DNA of 64,000 bases, taken from the NCBI GenBank assembly GCA_016748015.1, contig JAAOMT010000735.1, forward strand, positions 320,291 to 384,290, in the 5' to 3' direction. Below the pieces are notes generated by a model. The model was not told where the DNA came from. It ran no database searches and was given only the letters and a program-made list of their open reading frames with translations. The stretch's first letter is position 1. Each line of letters begins with the position of its first letter. The position numbers and the translations under genes were made by a program. This document shows, piece by piece, positions 37,001 to 49,370 of this stretch. This stretch comes from Geosiphon pyriformis uo1 (Eukaryota; Fungi; Glomeromycota).

Positions 37001-37833
37001 TCAGCTTTTCTAGGGTTTGGTACCCTAATTTGAATATGGCCACTGGTTTCATTAGCAGACTCACAGCTGATACTCATACTTATCTTATGAAGACTTTGCA
37101 CTATCAGCTTCCTGTGGCTGTCCAGAAGCACATTTACGATAAATATTACACTAGTGTCCTGTGTTTGTATTGTGGTGAGGTAGAGATTTCTGATCATGTG
37201 TTTTCTTGTGCAGTTGATGATTCGGCTCGTCATTAGGTTCTGGAATCCTATATGTCTTATTGGAAGTCACTTTCTGGACTCTCTCTTCAGTTGTATTGCA
37301 GTTAATATTGATTTGTGCTTCAGATTTGCTGGTCTCCTTGGCTCTTTACAAGGGTTTTGTTTTCAATGGATGGCTTCAAGAGACTGTTACTGTCTTCCAT
37401 AATTCCAAGATTGCTGGTGTTAAAATTACTGATTTTATGCACTTTCTATGCTCTGTTTTTAGGAATAATATTTGGTTGGTCCATACCAAGCATTGTGTTT
37501 TTATGGAAAAGAATGGCCTGATCCTAGTGGACAAATCTATTTCTATCCCAGTTTTTGGTTTGGTTTCGAGATTGTCATCTGGTGTAATTAAATTGCTTGA
37601 TGTTACTGAAGTCTTTGGTGTCTTTTTTGGCTTTCGCAAGTCTTGTTCGTTTTTTTTGGGTATTGGTGACATGGTTTCTGTTAATATAGTTGCATAGTGT
37701 TGTCCTGACTGGTTCGAGTGGCTGATCACGTGTGGTTAAGCACATGATTCACGCCTAGTTTAGATCATTTCATTGATGTATAGTTCTAGGTAGTGTTTGG
37801 GTCTCACTTGTTAAACGTAATAAAAAAAAAAAA
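31084..37833 (+). mobile_element. LINE copy D: full length, decayed, inserted between divergent PPE1 and focadhesin-like genes
   Basis: Conserved 5' end; ORF1 fragments 31158-33029 (CSSCNFLGHTSRNC); ORF2 fragments to 37697 with about two frameshifts; 3'UTR and A12 tail at 37822-37833. TSD not convincingly seen. Confidence 0.95.
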
Positions 37834-38320
37834 TTATGATTATGTATTTACATTTTGGTTGTTTAATACTAGATATTAATTTACTATTTTATTGTTTTTT
37901 CTATTTTTCTTTTTTTTTATAAATTAGAATTATTTTATTATTTTTAAAATAATAAATTTTATTTAATTTTTCCTTTTCTCTTAGGCAAAATAGGGTTATA
38001 ACAATTACATAAATTAGTAATACATGTGTATAATTTTAATATTTTAATAAAATGATTAAAATATTTTTAACATGAATATAAAAACAAATTATTATACATG
38101 AACCTCCTAATTCACAAATTGGACGTTGACAATTTTCTTTACTTTCAAAAAGCCTTTCATAAGTTCAACATTAAGTTCATTTATAATCAACTTATTTTAT
38201 ATTTTTCATCTTTTTAATTGTTTTTTTCTAATACGCTTTTTTTAATAATATACTCGATCTCCTTATCTTTATTTTTAAATCTTTTATCTGGACTTTTTTA
38301 AATAGAAAGGTTAAGCTTAC

Positions 38321-41300
38321 ATGGACGTACAGCACCGTTCTTTTCACCTTGAGTCTGTTCGAAAACTTACAAATTTTATTCTGGCAAACCCTACCCTTGG
38401 AAATGCTTCGCCTAAAGGCAGTAACAAGCCCCCACCTTTACAACAGCTATGGTCTTTGCTAACTTCTCGAGGTGGGATTATTTCTTCCAGTGTTGCCTGT
38501 AGCATTGTGTCTCTTGTGCAAGCAGGTGCTCTATCTTGGACGGACGCGATATACGGCTTTATTGACGCCTTGGGAGCAGCTCAAGGCATGATTTTAGAAA
38601 GTGTTGTTGTTGGAATAGCTAGTGTTCTTTGTTTTCCGTTGGAGGCGCAATCCCAATACACTTGTCCTTTTAAAGCAAACGCTGGTTTAGGCGGTAAAAC
38701 ACACCCCTTCATTCTCGTGATAACAATAAAACCTGAGGCATGGAAAACCTTGCTTTCTCAGCTTGATCTCATATTGGATCCTATTCGAGCTGGAGGTCTT
38801 TCAACAGGGCCCGTAACAGCCCTCTACTTGAGCAATGCCTTGGATATGTTAATACCATTCTTGGATTTTGTCCTTTTGGGGCATTTACAAGATTCAGATT
38901 TGGCTTCTATGATAATTCAACTACTTTTGCAGTCCATTCAAAATTTGGTGGATGAAATGCACGTAAATTTCAAGCAAAAGATGCTTCAATATCTGCTTCA
39001 AGTGTTTCAAAAAATTTCCCCTAGCCCCAAAGAGCCTCATAGACCATATTTTCTTATGCAATCCCTTGTTAATGTATTGCTTATCTCGATTAGACGAAAT
39101 TCATTGTCACCTTCTTTTCTTGTCGAATTCAGTTCATCACTCGCTTTACAACTCTTGTCTCATTTATGTGACGCTCACAGTAAAACGGTTCCAATTATCC
39201 CCTATGTCCGCTTGTTGCGACAAATATTGGAGCTGCAAAAGGAATTACCGGCAATATTTTCAGAGCTCAATTTTATTTTGTTATGGCCCTCATTGTCCTA
39301 CCTATTATTAGACACAAATTCTATTGAAAGTCAAATCATTATCTTAGACTTAATGAAAAACTCAATAAATAAACTCTTGAAAATTTCAGATGAAGGAACA
39401 CCTTTGCTTATAATTGATTTTGGAATATTACCATTGTTTCAAGTTGTTTCAGATGTTGCCCAAGGATCAACAAGAAATTGTGCAATGGAGGTATTCCTAA
39501 GTATCGAAAAAATTCGTAAAAGGCGTAAGTGGGATCTTGGAAATTTTCATCCAAAGGTTCAAAAGAAGGTAATTGAGTTTTAAGATTTGCAATTCCTTAA
39601 TTCAAAGGTGAATTCAATACCATTTACAAACAGATCACAGCCCTCTTAAGTCATCCAAGTATTAATGGAACTCTTGCGACGATTTTGGGGGAGACTAGTC
39701 GTTTTCTCGAAATATTTTCCCAAGCTTCAATTAGAAATTCTAATTTGGGGTTTAATTCTTTATTCTCAACTCTTTTTGTGATACCTTATTTATTCTACCC
39801 TGATCCCATTATCCGTATCCATTCTCTCACCACTATCACCACCATGATTCAAGAGAATTTAGCTGAGACTCAAAAAATTCCCATTCTTTTAATTGTTCTT
39901 TATCTACTGCGAAATGATCCCGCTACCTCGGTTCACCTTCATATCCTCCATTATTGTCTACCTTCTTTGATCTCCCCGACGGATTCAACCATCACTGCGA
40001 AAATATTGAAAGTTACAATGACAATGATCAAAAGAAACGATAATCAATTTAATATGAGATTGGGTGGTGTCGGTGTAAGGGTTTTATATGGGCTTTGGGA
40101 GAAACAAAAAAGATGCTGGAAATCTTTACGTTACGTATTGAGTGAGTGGGTGCAACAAAGGAAACTTAACAGTGGTAAAACTTTAGACACGGAATCGGAA
40201 TCATACGAAATGGAGGTTGCAGTATTAGCAACTATAAGGTATGAATTTTGAATTCCGCATAAGAATATGTTATAAAATTATTTTAATAGATTCTCCATTG
40301 ATCGATGATTTATAGGGACATTTGTCGGACCAAAGCCCATGATTATGCAGAGGAGTTGATACCTTTTGTTTCAAGTTTACTTCAATCTGTTTGTTTACGG
40401 CCTGCTAGCCTTTGTTTAATCATTGAAGCTCTAAACGCTTGTGTCTCTTCTGACGTCATAGACCCTCGTGCTGGTAATTAGTATAGTTCGCTTTTGTCTA
40501 ATTTCTTCGGCCAGAAATGCCCCATATTAGCTAACCTTTTTTCAAGTGTGGAATGTACTGTTGGTTTATATTGCAAATGCAATCATGCAAGAGGATCCTC
40601 TAAATACCGACCTTACTGCAAGGATATGTCATTTCTATCAAATTGCGGCATTGAAGAGTAATGGTAAATCTGATTGAATTTTTTATCCAGCATTCATATA
40701 TTTTATAAAAAACGGCTCAACAAGATTAGACTTACATCGATCACCGTCTTATTTAGAGACTGATGTCTACATCGCCTTCAAGCAAGAAATTCTATCAACC
40801 TATTTACGGCCACTCATTTTCCCTTTCTATCAAGCAAATTCAATTGCCCAAGCTGAAGATTTGCTTTTTCAGATTACACCTAATTCCTGCGTATTGAAAC
40901 ACGCCTTGAACGCTCTTTCACATTTTCCTGCGCCAGATATTTTATCTATATTCCCAGAATCTCCAAAAATCTTGCTCTCTCAAATTTTGAATGGTACTTC
41001 TAGTGTGGAAGAATGGAAACCTATATTCAGCAAACTTGTATCTAATGAGATTGATCACATGCAACGTGGCTTATTCAAGGGCATTATCAGCAACAAATCT
41101 ACTCCCAATATTTCAACCATTGGAAGCAATACCAAGCAAGTCAAAATTCGAACATTTAAGAAGCAATTGAGTTTAATTTGTTCTAAGATTTTGGATGATT
41201 GGGAGAGTGGAATGGTTAGCCCTGGATTGCGTGTAGGGTTTGCCCTCACATCTCTAATTTCATATCGATTGTTGGAACCATCAGAAAATTCCTCGCCAGA

Positions 41301-44300
41301 TCTAAAAGCTACGCAGTTTTACCGTCTAATGAATAATGCTATTGACGATATTTCATTGAGCGATCATTGGCTCATTAGGGTAGGAGCGGTGACTTATTGG
41401 TGGAAATTCTTCGAGAACGGGCTTCAAGAGGTTTTCTTGTCTGGAAAAAATGAGGATGTGATTGTTCAAGGGTTGGTTGACGATTTGCTGGACAAGCTCG
41501 TCAAAGCAAAATTTCCAATTGTATTTCAGAATCTAATCTTGTCGTTGACAGGTAATATTCGTTTTTCATACATTCATTTCAATCGAGAATTTTGAGACTA
41601 ACTTAAATTTTCTAGGCCTCTGTCTTGCTTTGAAATCGTTAAACATAACATCAACGCAGACCCAAGCGGCACGCCTTTTACAATATCTGCTTGATAATTA
41701 CATTTTTTCGGAATTTGCTGATTTACAAAATCAACAACTTGAACATGATTGGAGCTTTATTTCAAATGATGAAGTCCAATTTGCGTGTATGCTTGCTTTA
41801 GGATATTTGGTATCATTAACTTCTATGGATGAAAAATTGATCTGTGAGGTCATTGACATATTGATTGGAAAATTGGCCGGTTCAACTACAAGGTTGGTCT
41901 TTAGCAATAATCATCGAAAGGCTATTAATATATTCCTCACCGTTCGTTTTGATTCTTAGGATTAGTTCTGAATGGAGATTCTTTGCAGCTAGTTATACCC
42001 TTGGAATTCTGTTAGCCTGCCTTAGTTCATCTCCAACAAAAACAATTACTTTATCAAATATTTGCTCCCAAACGATATCTTATCTCGAGGATTTATTGAC
42101 AAACAATGATCTGGATTTTAATACCACTTTGGGGATTATGTTGGGGCTAGCGAATATTGATCGTGAGCAAGAGCAGAGGGTTGAGCGCGTGTATCAGACA
42201 TCTTTAACAACTGTAAAGAGGTTTATAGATACAGCTGGTATAATTGAAACGAACAAGGGTATCGTTGTTGGGGCAGTATGGTTCATTAGCTTCTCCTCGG
42301 GAAAGAAGCTCAGCGAGGAAATTGTGGAGATACTAGGAAAGGCAATGCAGATTGCTGAAAAATCGGTATATTCTGGATTGATTCGATTTTATTATTAAGA
42401 TGATCGGCTATTTATAACTAAAAATCTTCGCAAAAATTAGGTTGAGTGGAAGCAATATCATTTTCATTTCGCACAAGCTTATTTTCATGCTCTTCAAGCA
42501 ATTCTTGAATTCGCCCCATCCTCGCATAATCTTTCGTCCTTTAATGGTCAAGTTCACTTTCATCTACAAGTCCTTTCTTCCCCGAGTTCAAATTCTAGCA
42601 CTCGCTGTCATTCAATCATCACGCTAGGGACATTGGCAGGGGTTGACTTTATATCTCTACCAAGAAATAATTCTAATGACTCATACTTCTTTAAATCTTC
42701 CTCTGACAAAATTATTTTTGAAGTGCTGAATACCTTACGGCATTTCACCGGCCTAAATGAGCAATCATTGGCTATAAATGATCCAAAAGCAGGCCGTTTA
42801 GCGGCTGTTGTTTTGGGTCGATTTTTGGTGAACATTGAATTACTCGATCAAGACGATGAAGAATTCGAGCTAAAATTTTCAACAACAAGTACTGAACCAA
42901 AAGACTATTCCCGATTTTCAACTTCAAGCTATTTGCGAGCATTGTTTGATGGATTAAATTATATGTCAACTAGTGAGTCCATTTCGAAAGTTTTTCATGT
43001 CTATTTGCGTCAATAATAATAATAATAATAATAATAATTTATTTCCGAACCAAAGGAGCGATGAGTGAATCACCGATTTCAATTGAGACTGTTGGCTTAA
43101 TATTATCTGCGTTTACCGCCGTGAATTTTGCCCTTCCCCCAATTAATTGGTTTATTGTCCTTTCGAGATTTAATGAACTTCCCTTCAAAAAATTCAATCT
43201 TCACCATCAATGTATTCTAATGGCATCCAAGCATTGTTCTCAGTCCACCTCTTTATTAGAATTTCTTGTTCACAAATTGATTAGCTTTTCAGAAATCCAA
43301 TCAGATGATGAACTGAAAAAATTATTACTAGAACGCGGTTTAGCAAAAATCTTGAAAATCTCTGGGTTCGGAAAGATGGACATCAATCAAGAGGATAAAA
43401 CAACAGAGAAAAAAGGAATGAATATTAGCAAAACATTGATCGTCCCAAATTCACGTGTAGTTGAAATTGTGAAGGGGATCGTGGGAAATTTGTTCAAAGA
43501 AACGGCCAGCAAACAAACTCAGGTATGTTACCTGAAACAGATTAAATTTTAAATCCGTATACCTAATGGCAATATTTTGTAGGATTTGCAACTAACTTTC
43601 CTTTCAACGATGACCGAACACCTCTCAGCACATAAAGATGAGATACCATCAGTCGGGGCATTAAATGGACTTTACAATGATTTGGCTTCTGTCCTAAAGA
43701 TAGCTTACGATCAGTTGGGTGGACCGTCTAATGCTATTGAAGAACAAATCATTCGTCTCGCCGTTCAGTGTGCATTTTTTCGTATAGAGGATCTAAATTA
43801 CTTTGGTTCTGCAAATAATTTTTCAGAATTGCAGAAATATGCCCTCGCTGTTTGCACATTATATGAGCTGGAACGGGTCGATTCTCCCAACAACCTGACT
43901 CAATTGCTACAAGATTGTTTGGGAACTTTTGTCAGCACCTCAAATCTTGATGACTCTCAGACGGTCATGATTTTTTCTTGGATTGGCAGAGCAATCCGCT
44001 CTACTATCATCAACAGTTCAAAGACTGGTATAGACAAACGGTTGAAGCTAGCATGGTTAGTTAGAATTCTGGATGTGCTAATTGTTGGATCTGGCTCCCG
44101 TAACAATAGTAATCAAAATTTAGAGTATGAAGTAGTAGTTTCTTTAAGCGGAATCTTGAATAACACTTGGAAGAACAAAGTGGCACAACGTGATTGGGAT
44201 GTTGAAAATTTCCTGCAGATGGTCCAAAATATTGTGAGTGTCAGACAATTAACTGCAACACTGCCAGAAGAGGTTGACTTTGAGCAAGCGGACGATGAGA

Positions 44301-44549
44301 TGAAAGGATTGCAACAACAGGTGAAAACTGTTCAATTCATTTAACATCGTATCTTTCAAAGCATTTTTTAAAAGTGGGTTCTTTTTTTAGATCATCAAGC
44401 GTCTAATTAGATTGCTTGAAATTAGTTATGAGTCAAATCCTAATGGTGAACTGCATTTCACTTTTTACTTTGTTCTACTGAGACTGAGACATTTAATTCC
44501 AGAGGATTCATTTTGGATTTTATTAGATAATTGCCCAACCTTTATCTAG
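38321..44549 (+). CDS. Focadhesin/RST1-like ARM-repeat protein (DUF3730), multi-exon
   Basis: Segment 'HILHYCLPSL...VRVLYGLWEKQKRCW...EVAVLATIRDICRTKAHDYAEELI...EALNACVSSDVIDPRAVWNVL' resembles the focadhesin core (LWEKQ, IRDIC) as I recall it. GT-AG introns link the long ORFs; last exon 44391-44549. Start codon tentative. Confidence 0.78.
43012..43038 (+). repeat. (AAT)9 microsatellite, intronic
   Basis: Direct reading. Confidence 0.95.
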
Positions 44550-44658
44550 GGCTTTCTAAATTAAGGAATTTCGTGGTGCCATTTTGGATCATGATCAATT
44601 TTTTAGTCTTAACTCATTAAAGTAATTTACAATTTTTATATTCTTTGCCCAAAGCATA

Positions 44659-46084
44659 ATGGTTCCCATCGAAAATTCACTTATTCTTAAATCTACTGGT
44701 CTGCCTATGCCTTTGGTTGGACTAGGTCTTTGGAAAGTAGGATAATTTAACGTACTGTTAATAGAAACGTTGATAAGTCTCGCTGATTCTGCTTTTCTCT
44801 CAGGTTGACAAAGATAAAGCCGCTGAAGTCGTGGTTGAAGCTTTGCGCACTGGCTATCGACTCCTGGTAAATTTTATCTGAATAAGTCCCATTTTACCAA
44901 GTTTTATTCAGAACATGGGTTAAGTTCTACATTAGGATAATGGAAGTGATTATGGGAACGAGAAAGAAGTTGGCCAAGGTCTTCAAAAGGCATTTGATAG
45001 TGGAATTGTAAAACGCGAGGTATCGTATCATTTATATTGGTTAAGTTTAAATAAACGGCACCAAATTTAATTGATGCCTATTTTAGGATATTTTTGTGGT
45101 TTCCAAAGTGAGTCATTGCTTTTAAATATGTTCATGAATCACACTCAACAAAGCCATCAGTTAATAAATAAAATGGTTGCTCTGCACAGCTCTGGAATAC
45201 GTTTCACAGCCGTGAAAATGTTCGACCAGCTTTGGAACGTACACTGAAAGACCTTGGATTGGATTACCTTGATCTTTACCTTATCCACTTTCCTATTTCT
45301 CTCAAATACGTGGACCCTGCCATCCGCTATCCTCCCGGCTGGTACTATGATCCAGCTGTCGAAAAGGCAGTCCAGGAAAATGTGACTATACGGGAAACTT
45401 GGGAGGCGATGGAAGAACTGGTCAACGCTGGATTGGTTAAAGTAAAGTCTCCCTTGACATGTAAAAAAACTCTGTTTATAGAAACGTCGCATATTTAAAC
45501 CCAATTCTTTTGATCCTCGAATTTCAAGCATATAGGCCTATCAAATTTCTGTGCTCCTCTTATTCAGGATCTTCTCAAATATGCTCGCATCAGGCCAGAT
45601 GTTTTGGAAATTGAGCATCATCCATATTTAACTCAAGAGATGCTTGTTCAATATGCTAAATCTCAAAATATTGCCCTCATCGGCTACTCCTCATTCGCTT
45701 CCCAGAGCTACGTTGAATTGAATTGGGATAAGGCAATCAATTATCCTTCACCTCTGAAACACAACCTTATTACTGAGATCGCTCAAACTTATAAAAAATC
45801 TCCGGCACAGGTACGTGCTATCTTGAATGTTTAGGTTTTGCAGATTAGAGACCTTATAATAACCTATTCTTCAATTATTTCAGATACTACTTCGTTGGGC
45901 AGTTCAACGAGAAATCGCTGTAATCCCAAAATCCAATAATTTGGATCGGGTTATAGAAAACAAGGAGATTTTTGATTTTTCATTAACAGAAGAAGAGATA
46001 AATAGAATCTTGTCGTTGAACATTAACGTTCGGTTTAATGATCCTGGAGAATACATGGGGCCTAATTTCGCTATCTTTGCTTGA
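44659..46084 (+). CDS. Aldo-keto reductase, xylose/aldose reductase (AKR2, XYL1/GRE3-like), multi-exon
   Basis: [11 protein letters not shown]...[29 protein letters not shown]...[31 protein letters not shown]; stop TGA at 46084. Confidence 0.93.
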
Positions 46085-46518
46085 GAATTGAGGTTTATAC
46101 CAAGTTAATCCCAAGATTCGAAATTTAATTGATAGAATGTTTAAAACTTTTATGCATTGTCATAATTTAAAATAACTGCTATCAAAATTTCTACAGTTTT
46201 CCCTTGAAAAGGGGCCACAACTCCTTTGTATGCGTGTCACAACTTATCACATCGTGATACTAAATATCGCAGATAGCCGATTAATGATGAAAAATGACTA
46301 AATATTTTGTATACTATAAAAGATCGGTATAAATAGACCAAGAATACTTAACCCTAATTTCCTACTCTGCAATTATTATTTCACTGAACATTATCTACAA
46401 GGTAGTCGGAATTTTCACCCTCCTCCTGTACTAAGGCCCTTAAAAAATTGTAAGGAAAAAGATCAGTTTTAAAGAGCAACAAGAATTAAATAAGATTGTG
46501 ACTCAAAATATATTTGGC

Positions 46519-47728
46519 ATGGAAACGAAAAGAGACATAAGTAAGGGCCATGTCTATAATGGAAAACCGCATCGTCCACCTAGCGCATATCAGCCAAACC
46601 TTTTTCCACTTAACCCCACTGAGGGGAATCCGTGGGCACATATTGACTCGAATGTACCCTATGTGTCTCATCAAAATGAAATGAGTGACCATGAACGGGA
46701 TTATCATAACCTGCGTCATTCATATGGACGTTCTGACTATGATAGGTCATATTCTAGAGTAAATGGGGCAGGCCAGCCGTATTCAGGTGGACATTATGAC
46801 GAAAGTTATGATAACTATTATACGAGGAATCAACGCTCATCATATAATCAAAGACTGAATTCTCAAAAAGAGTCGCGTCGTCATTCAGAGAATGAAGCCC
46901 ACCATGAGTCGTCGTATAATGGGAAACGTCATGAGCCTTATTTTAATGGCTCAAAACAGCAGCGACACAAAGAGCGAACCTCAGAACCTTCTAAAAATTA
47001 TGTTAATGATACTAACACAGATATTGCTACTAATAATTCAATGGAACCTGAGACTTCTGCGCAGATAAAAATAAAGGAATTAGGACCCAAAGTCTCACCA
47101 CCAATAATTAAGGCTCTTCATACCGGCCAACCAAACGGCAAGCGGCTTTTGTTACGTTTTATTCAGTTTCTTGCCAGTATTGCCGCGTTTTGTTTCATTG
47201 TTGGGGCTCCTGGCGTAGGTTATTTGTTGAGGCATTAATGCAAACCGAATTTTTATGAGCAAAAGAATGAACTTATTGAATTTATTTGATATCTAGTATT
47301 CCGGTCAGGACACTCCATTCGGAGATAAATCCGGTGTGATTGTTCTCTATATTCTCTCCATGTTATCCTCTCTAGTCTCCTTATATTTTCTCATAAACTA
47401 CTGCACTCGTCGTTTTAAACATGGCGAAAAATTAAGGCGGTGGATTTTACTTGGTGTGGATATGTTTTTTGCTATTTCATGGGGCGCAGATGTTGTTATC
47501 TTGGTTGACAAGTTTAAGTGTTCCCCTGGAGGTTATAATCATTGGTAAGTGGGAAGTTGAATTTGTCACAAGCCTATTTGAATTCACTAAATTGTTCAAT
47601 TTAGGTGTGATTTTTACAATACGAGTATCTTTTTTTCGGTGGTTGCTTTCGCTTCATATACAATATCCTTTTTTTGGGATATTGTGGGAAGTTTTTCGAA
47701 AAAATCCCAAATGAACTACGCAGCGTAA
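46519..47728 (+). CDS. Membrane protein with disordered N-terminus and C-terminal four-TM MARVEL-like domain (3 exons)
   Basis: Exons ~46519-47214, 47297-47544 and ~47605-47728. LLLRFIQFLASIAAF first helix, four hydrophobic segments, and a C..G...WC loop before the last TM. Confidence 0.72.
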
Positions 47729-48174
47729 GGAAAAAGCGCTTTTGATATTGGTTACTGCTTCTATTTTCATTTTTGGATAAAAGAGAATGAACATTGAGTT
47801 TTTTGTCATTTAATAATATTATTGGAGTCCTTATTTCAAAGAGCCCAAGTTCTTAAAATATAGGACATTACACAAAGGGGTCGCTTTAATTTTATTTAGG
47901 AACTCTTCCTCTTTCAATTCCTCTTGTCATTTTTATGAACACGTTCAGCTTAGTTATTTCATATTATCCTTAAATGATAGTGATTTCGGAGCATAATTAA
48001 AATTCTTTTTTGACGCGTTGTTTATGGATCTACTGAATGTTATTCCGAACACTGAAAATCATACATAAAAAAACGATATAGTAACTAAATTGGCTTTGTT
48101 ATCGATTTAGCAAGTTCCATGGCAAATCAGGAATAGGACTTGCTCAAAATTTTTAACCAAGAATATTGTAGATG

Positions 48175-48179
48175 AAAAA
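48175..48179 (-). terminator. Pol III terminator (T5) for tRNA-Ser
   Basis: TTTTT on the minus strand 12 nt downstream of the tRNA 3' end. Confidence 0.65.
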
Positions 48180-48191
48180 TTTAGGTGTTTT

Positions 48192-48273
48192 CGTCGCCTG
48201 CAGGATTCGAACCTGCGCGTCCAAAGGACAATGGCTTAGCAGGCCACCGCGTTAACCACTCCGCCAAAGCGAC
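48192..48273 (-). tRNA. tRNA-Ser(GCT), intronless
   Basis: Minus strand GTCGCTT-TGGCGGAGTGGTTAACGC-G-GTGGC CT GCT AA GCCAT-TGTCCTTTGGACGC (long variable arm)-GCAGG TTCGAAT CCTGC-AGGCGAC-G discriminator. Confidence 0.97.
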
Positions 48274-49370
48274 TAACTGTTCTTACCATCACTCCTACTT
48301 ATTGATAATTAGATAGCATTTAAGGATCAATTTTTACAAATTGCTTCTCACGAAAAACTTCATGAGAACATAATCTCTTTAATCCTTAAAGCTTGTATGG
48401 GAACCGAGACATTTGTGTTTAGATAGATTTACCACGCTCGTAGTATGGGAATTCTTTTTTCACAGCGGTATTTCTTTGAGAAGATAGTGCTTTCTGCAAC
48501 TCTGAAAGCTCCTTTCGAATGTTTTAGATAAACATGACCACAGAATAATGTTACATTCTCCCGCCTATTTGAAATCATTTATATTATGAATCAAACTCTA
48601 TCAACTTTAGACTGGTTTTATGTTTCAAATTATTTTTGAATATTCCTATCAACTCTGTTGAAGCTTTGACTTAAATCGCTAAAGCAATTACTTTCAAAAT
48701 GCTCAACATCAATGCTTCTGCATTTTACCTGACTCTCAACCAGGTTTTCGAGAAACTACAACCACGGAGATTTAATCAAAGACATTCACCAAGTATGTTC
48801 TATAATCAGTTATTAACCTGCTTATTGACTTGATCATTAATCTGATCAGTAACCAAATTATTAACTTGATTATTTGTATAATTAAAACTTTTTAGAGCTG
48901 TGGAAAATCACTAAAAATAATGAAAATTTTTATTTAATTAATTATTTCTTAACAGTTTTTCAAATTAAAGTTAACTGACATTTTTTTGAATTTGTATTTT
49001 TGTTAAATTAATTTAAAAAATAAAAAACTTGCTTTTGTAATTTATTGAATAAACAATGGTTAAAAATAAATATTTTTTGTAATTTTATAAAATTTTGTTA
49101 TTTGTAATTTTAATTTATAATAATATTAACATAATTATTTGCATTTAATTTGTTATTAATTCTTATTAAACAATGTTAAATTTTTTTTATATATAATTTT
49201 GACCATTTTATTTTATTTAACAAGTACAGTTTAATTACTACTTACTACAATACAATTTTAAAAATTTCAAAATAAGTATGATGTTATAAAACTGTTTTTT
49301 TTTGATATATTAATATTAATAGTTTTAATTAAAACTGTAATTAGTTTTTTAATTCTGATTATTTAATATA

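Noticed and set aside
4170-37729. Numerous 60-180 aa antisense and alternate-frame ORFs inside LINEs, some recurring between copies
   Set aside because: Shadow ORFs caused by the G/T-skewed coding strand and shared ancestry; no independent motifs, and their boundaries are not conserved.
37698-37821. LINE 3'UTR as a hammerhead, HDV, pistol or tRNA-derived element (GGTTCGAG looks like a B box)
   Set aside because: No CTGATGA/GAAA core or other full ribozyme consensus; the B-box-like word is not conserved in other copies and no cloverleaf forms.
46284-46388. C/D-box snoRNA (ATGATGA … CTGA), and a similar weak hairpin near 47978-48053
   Set aside because: No convincing terminal stem with both boxes and no recognisable rRNA-complementary guide; cannot be supported without a covariance search.
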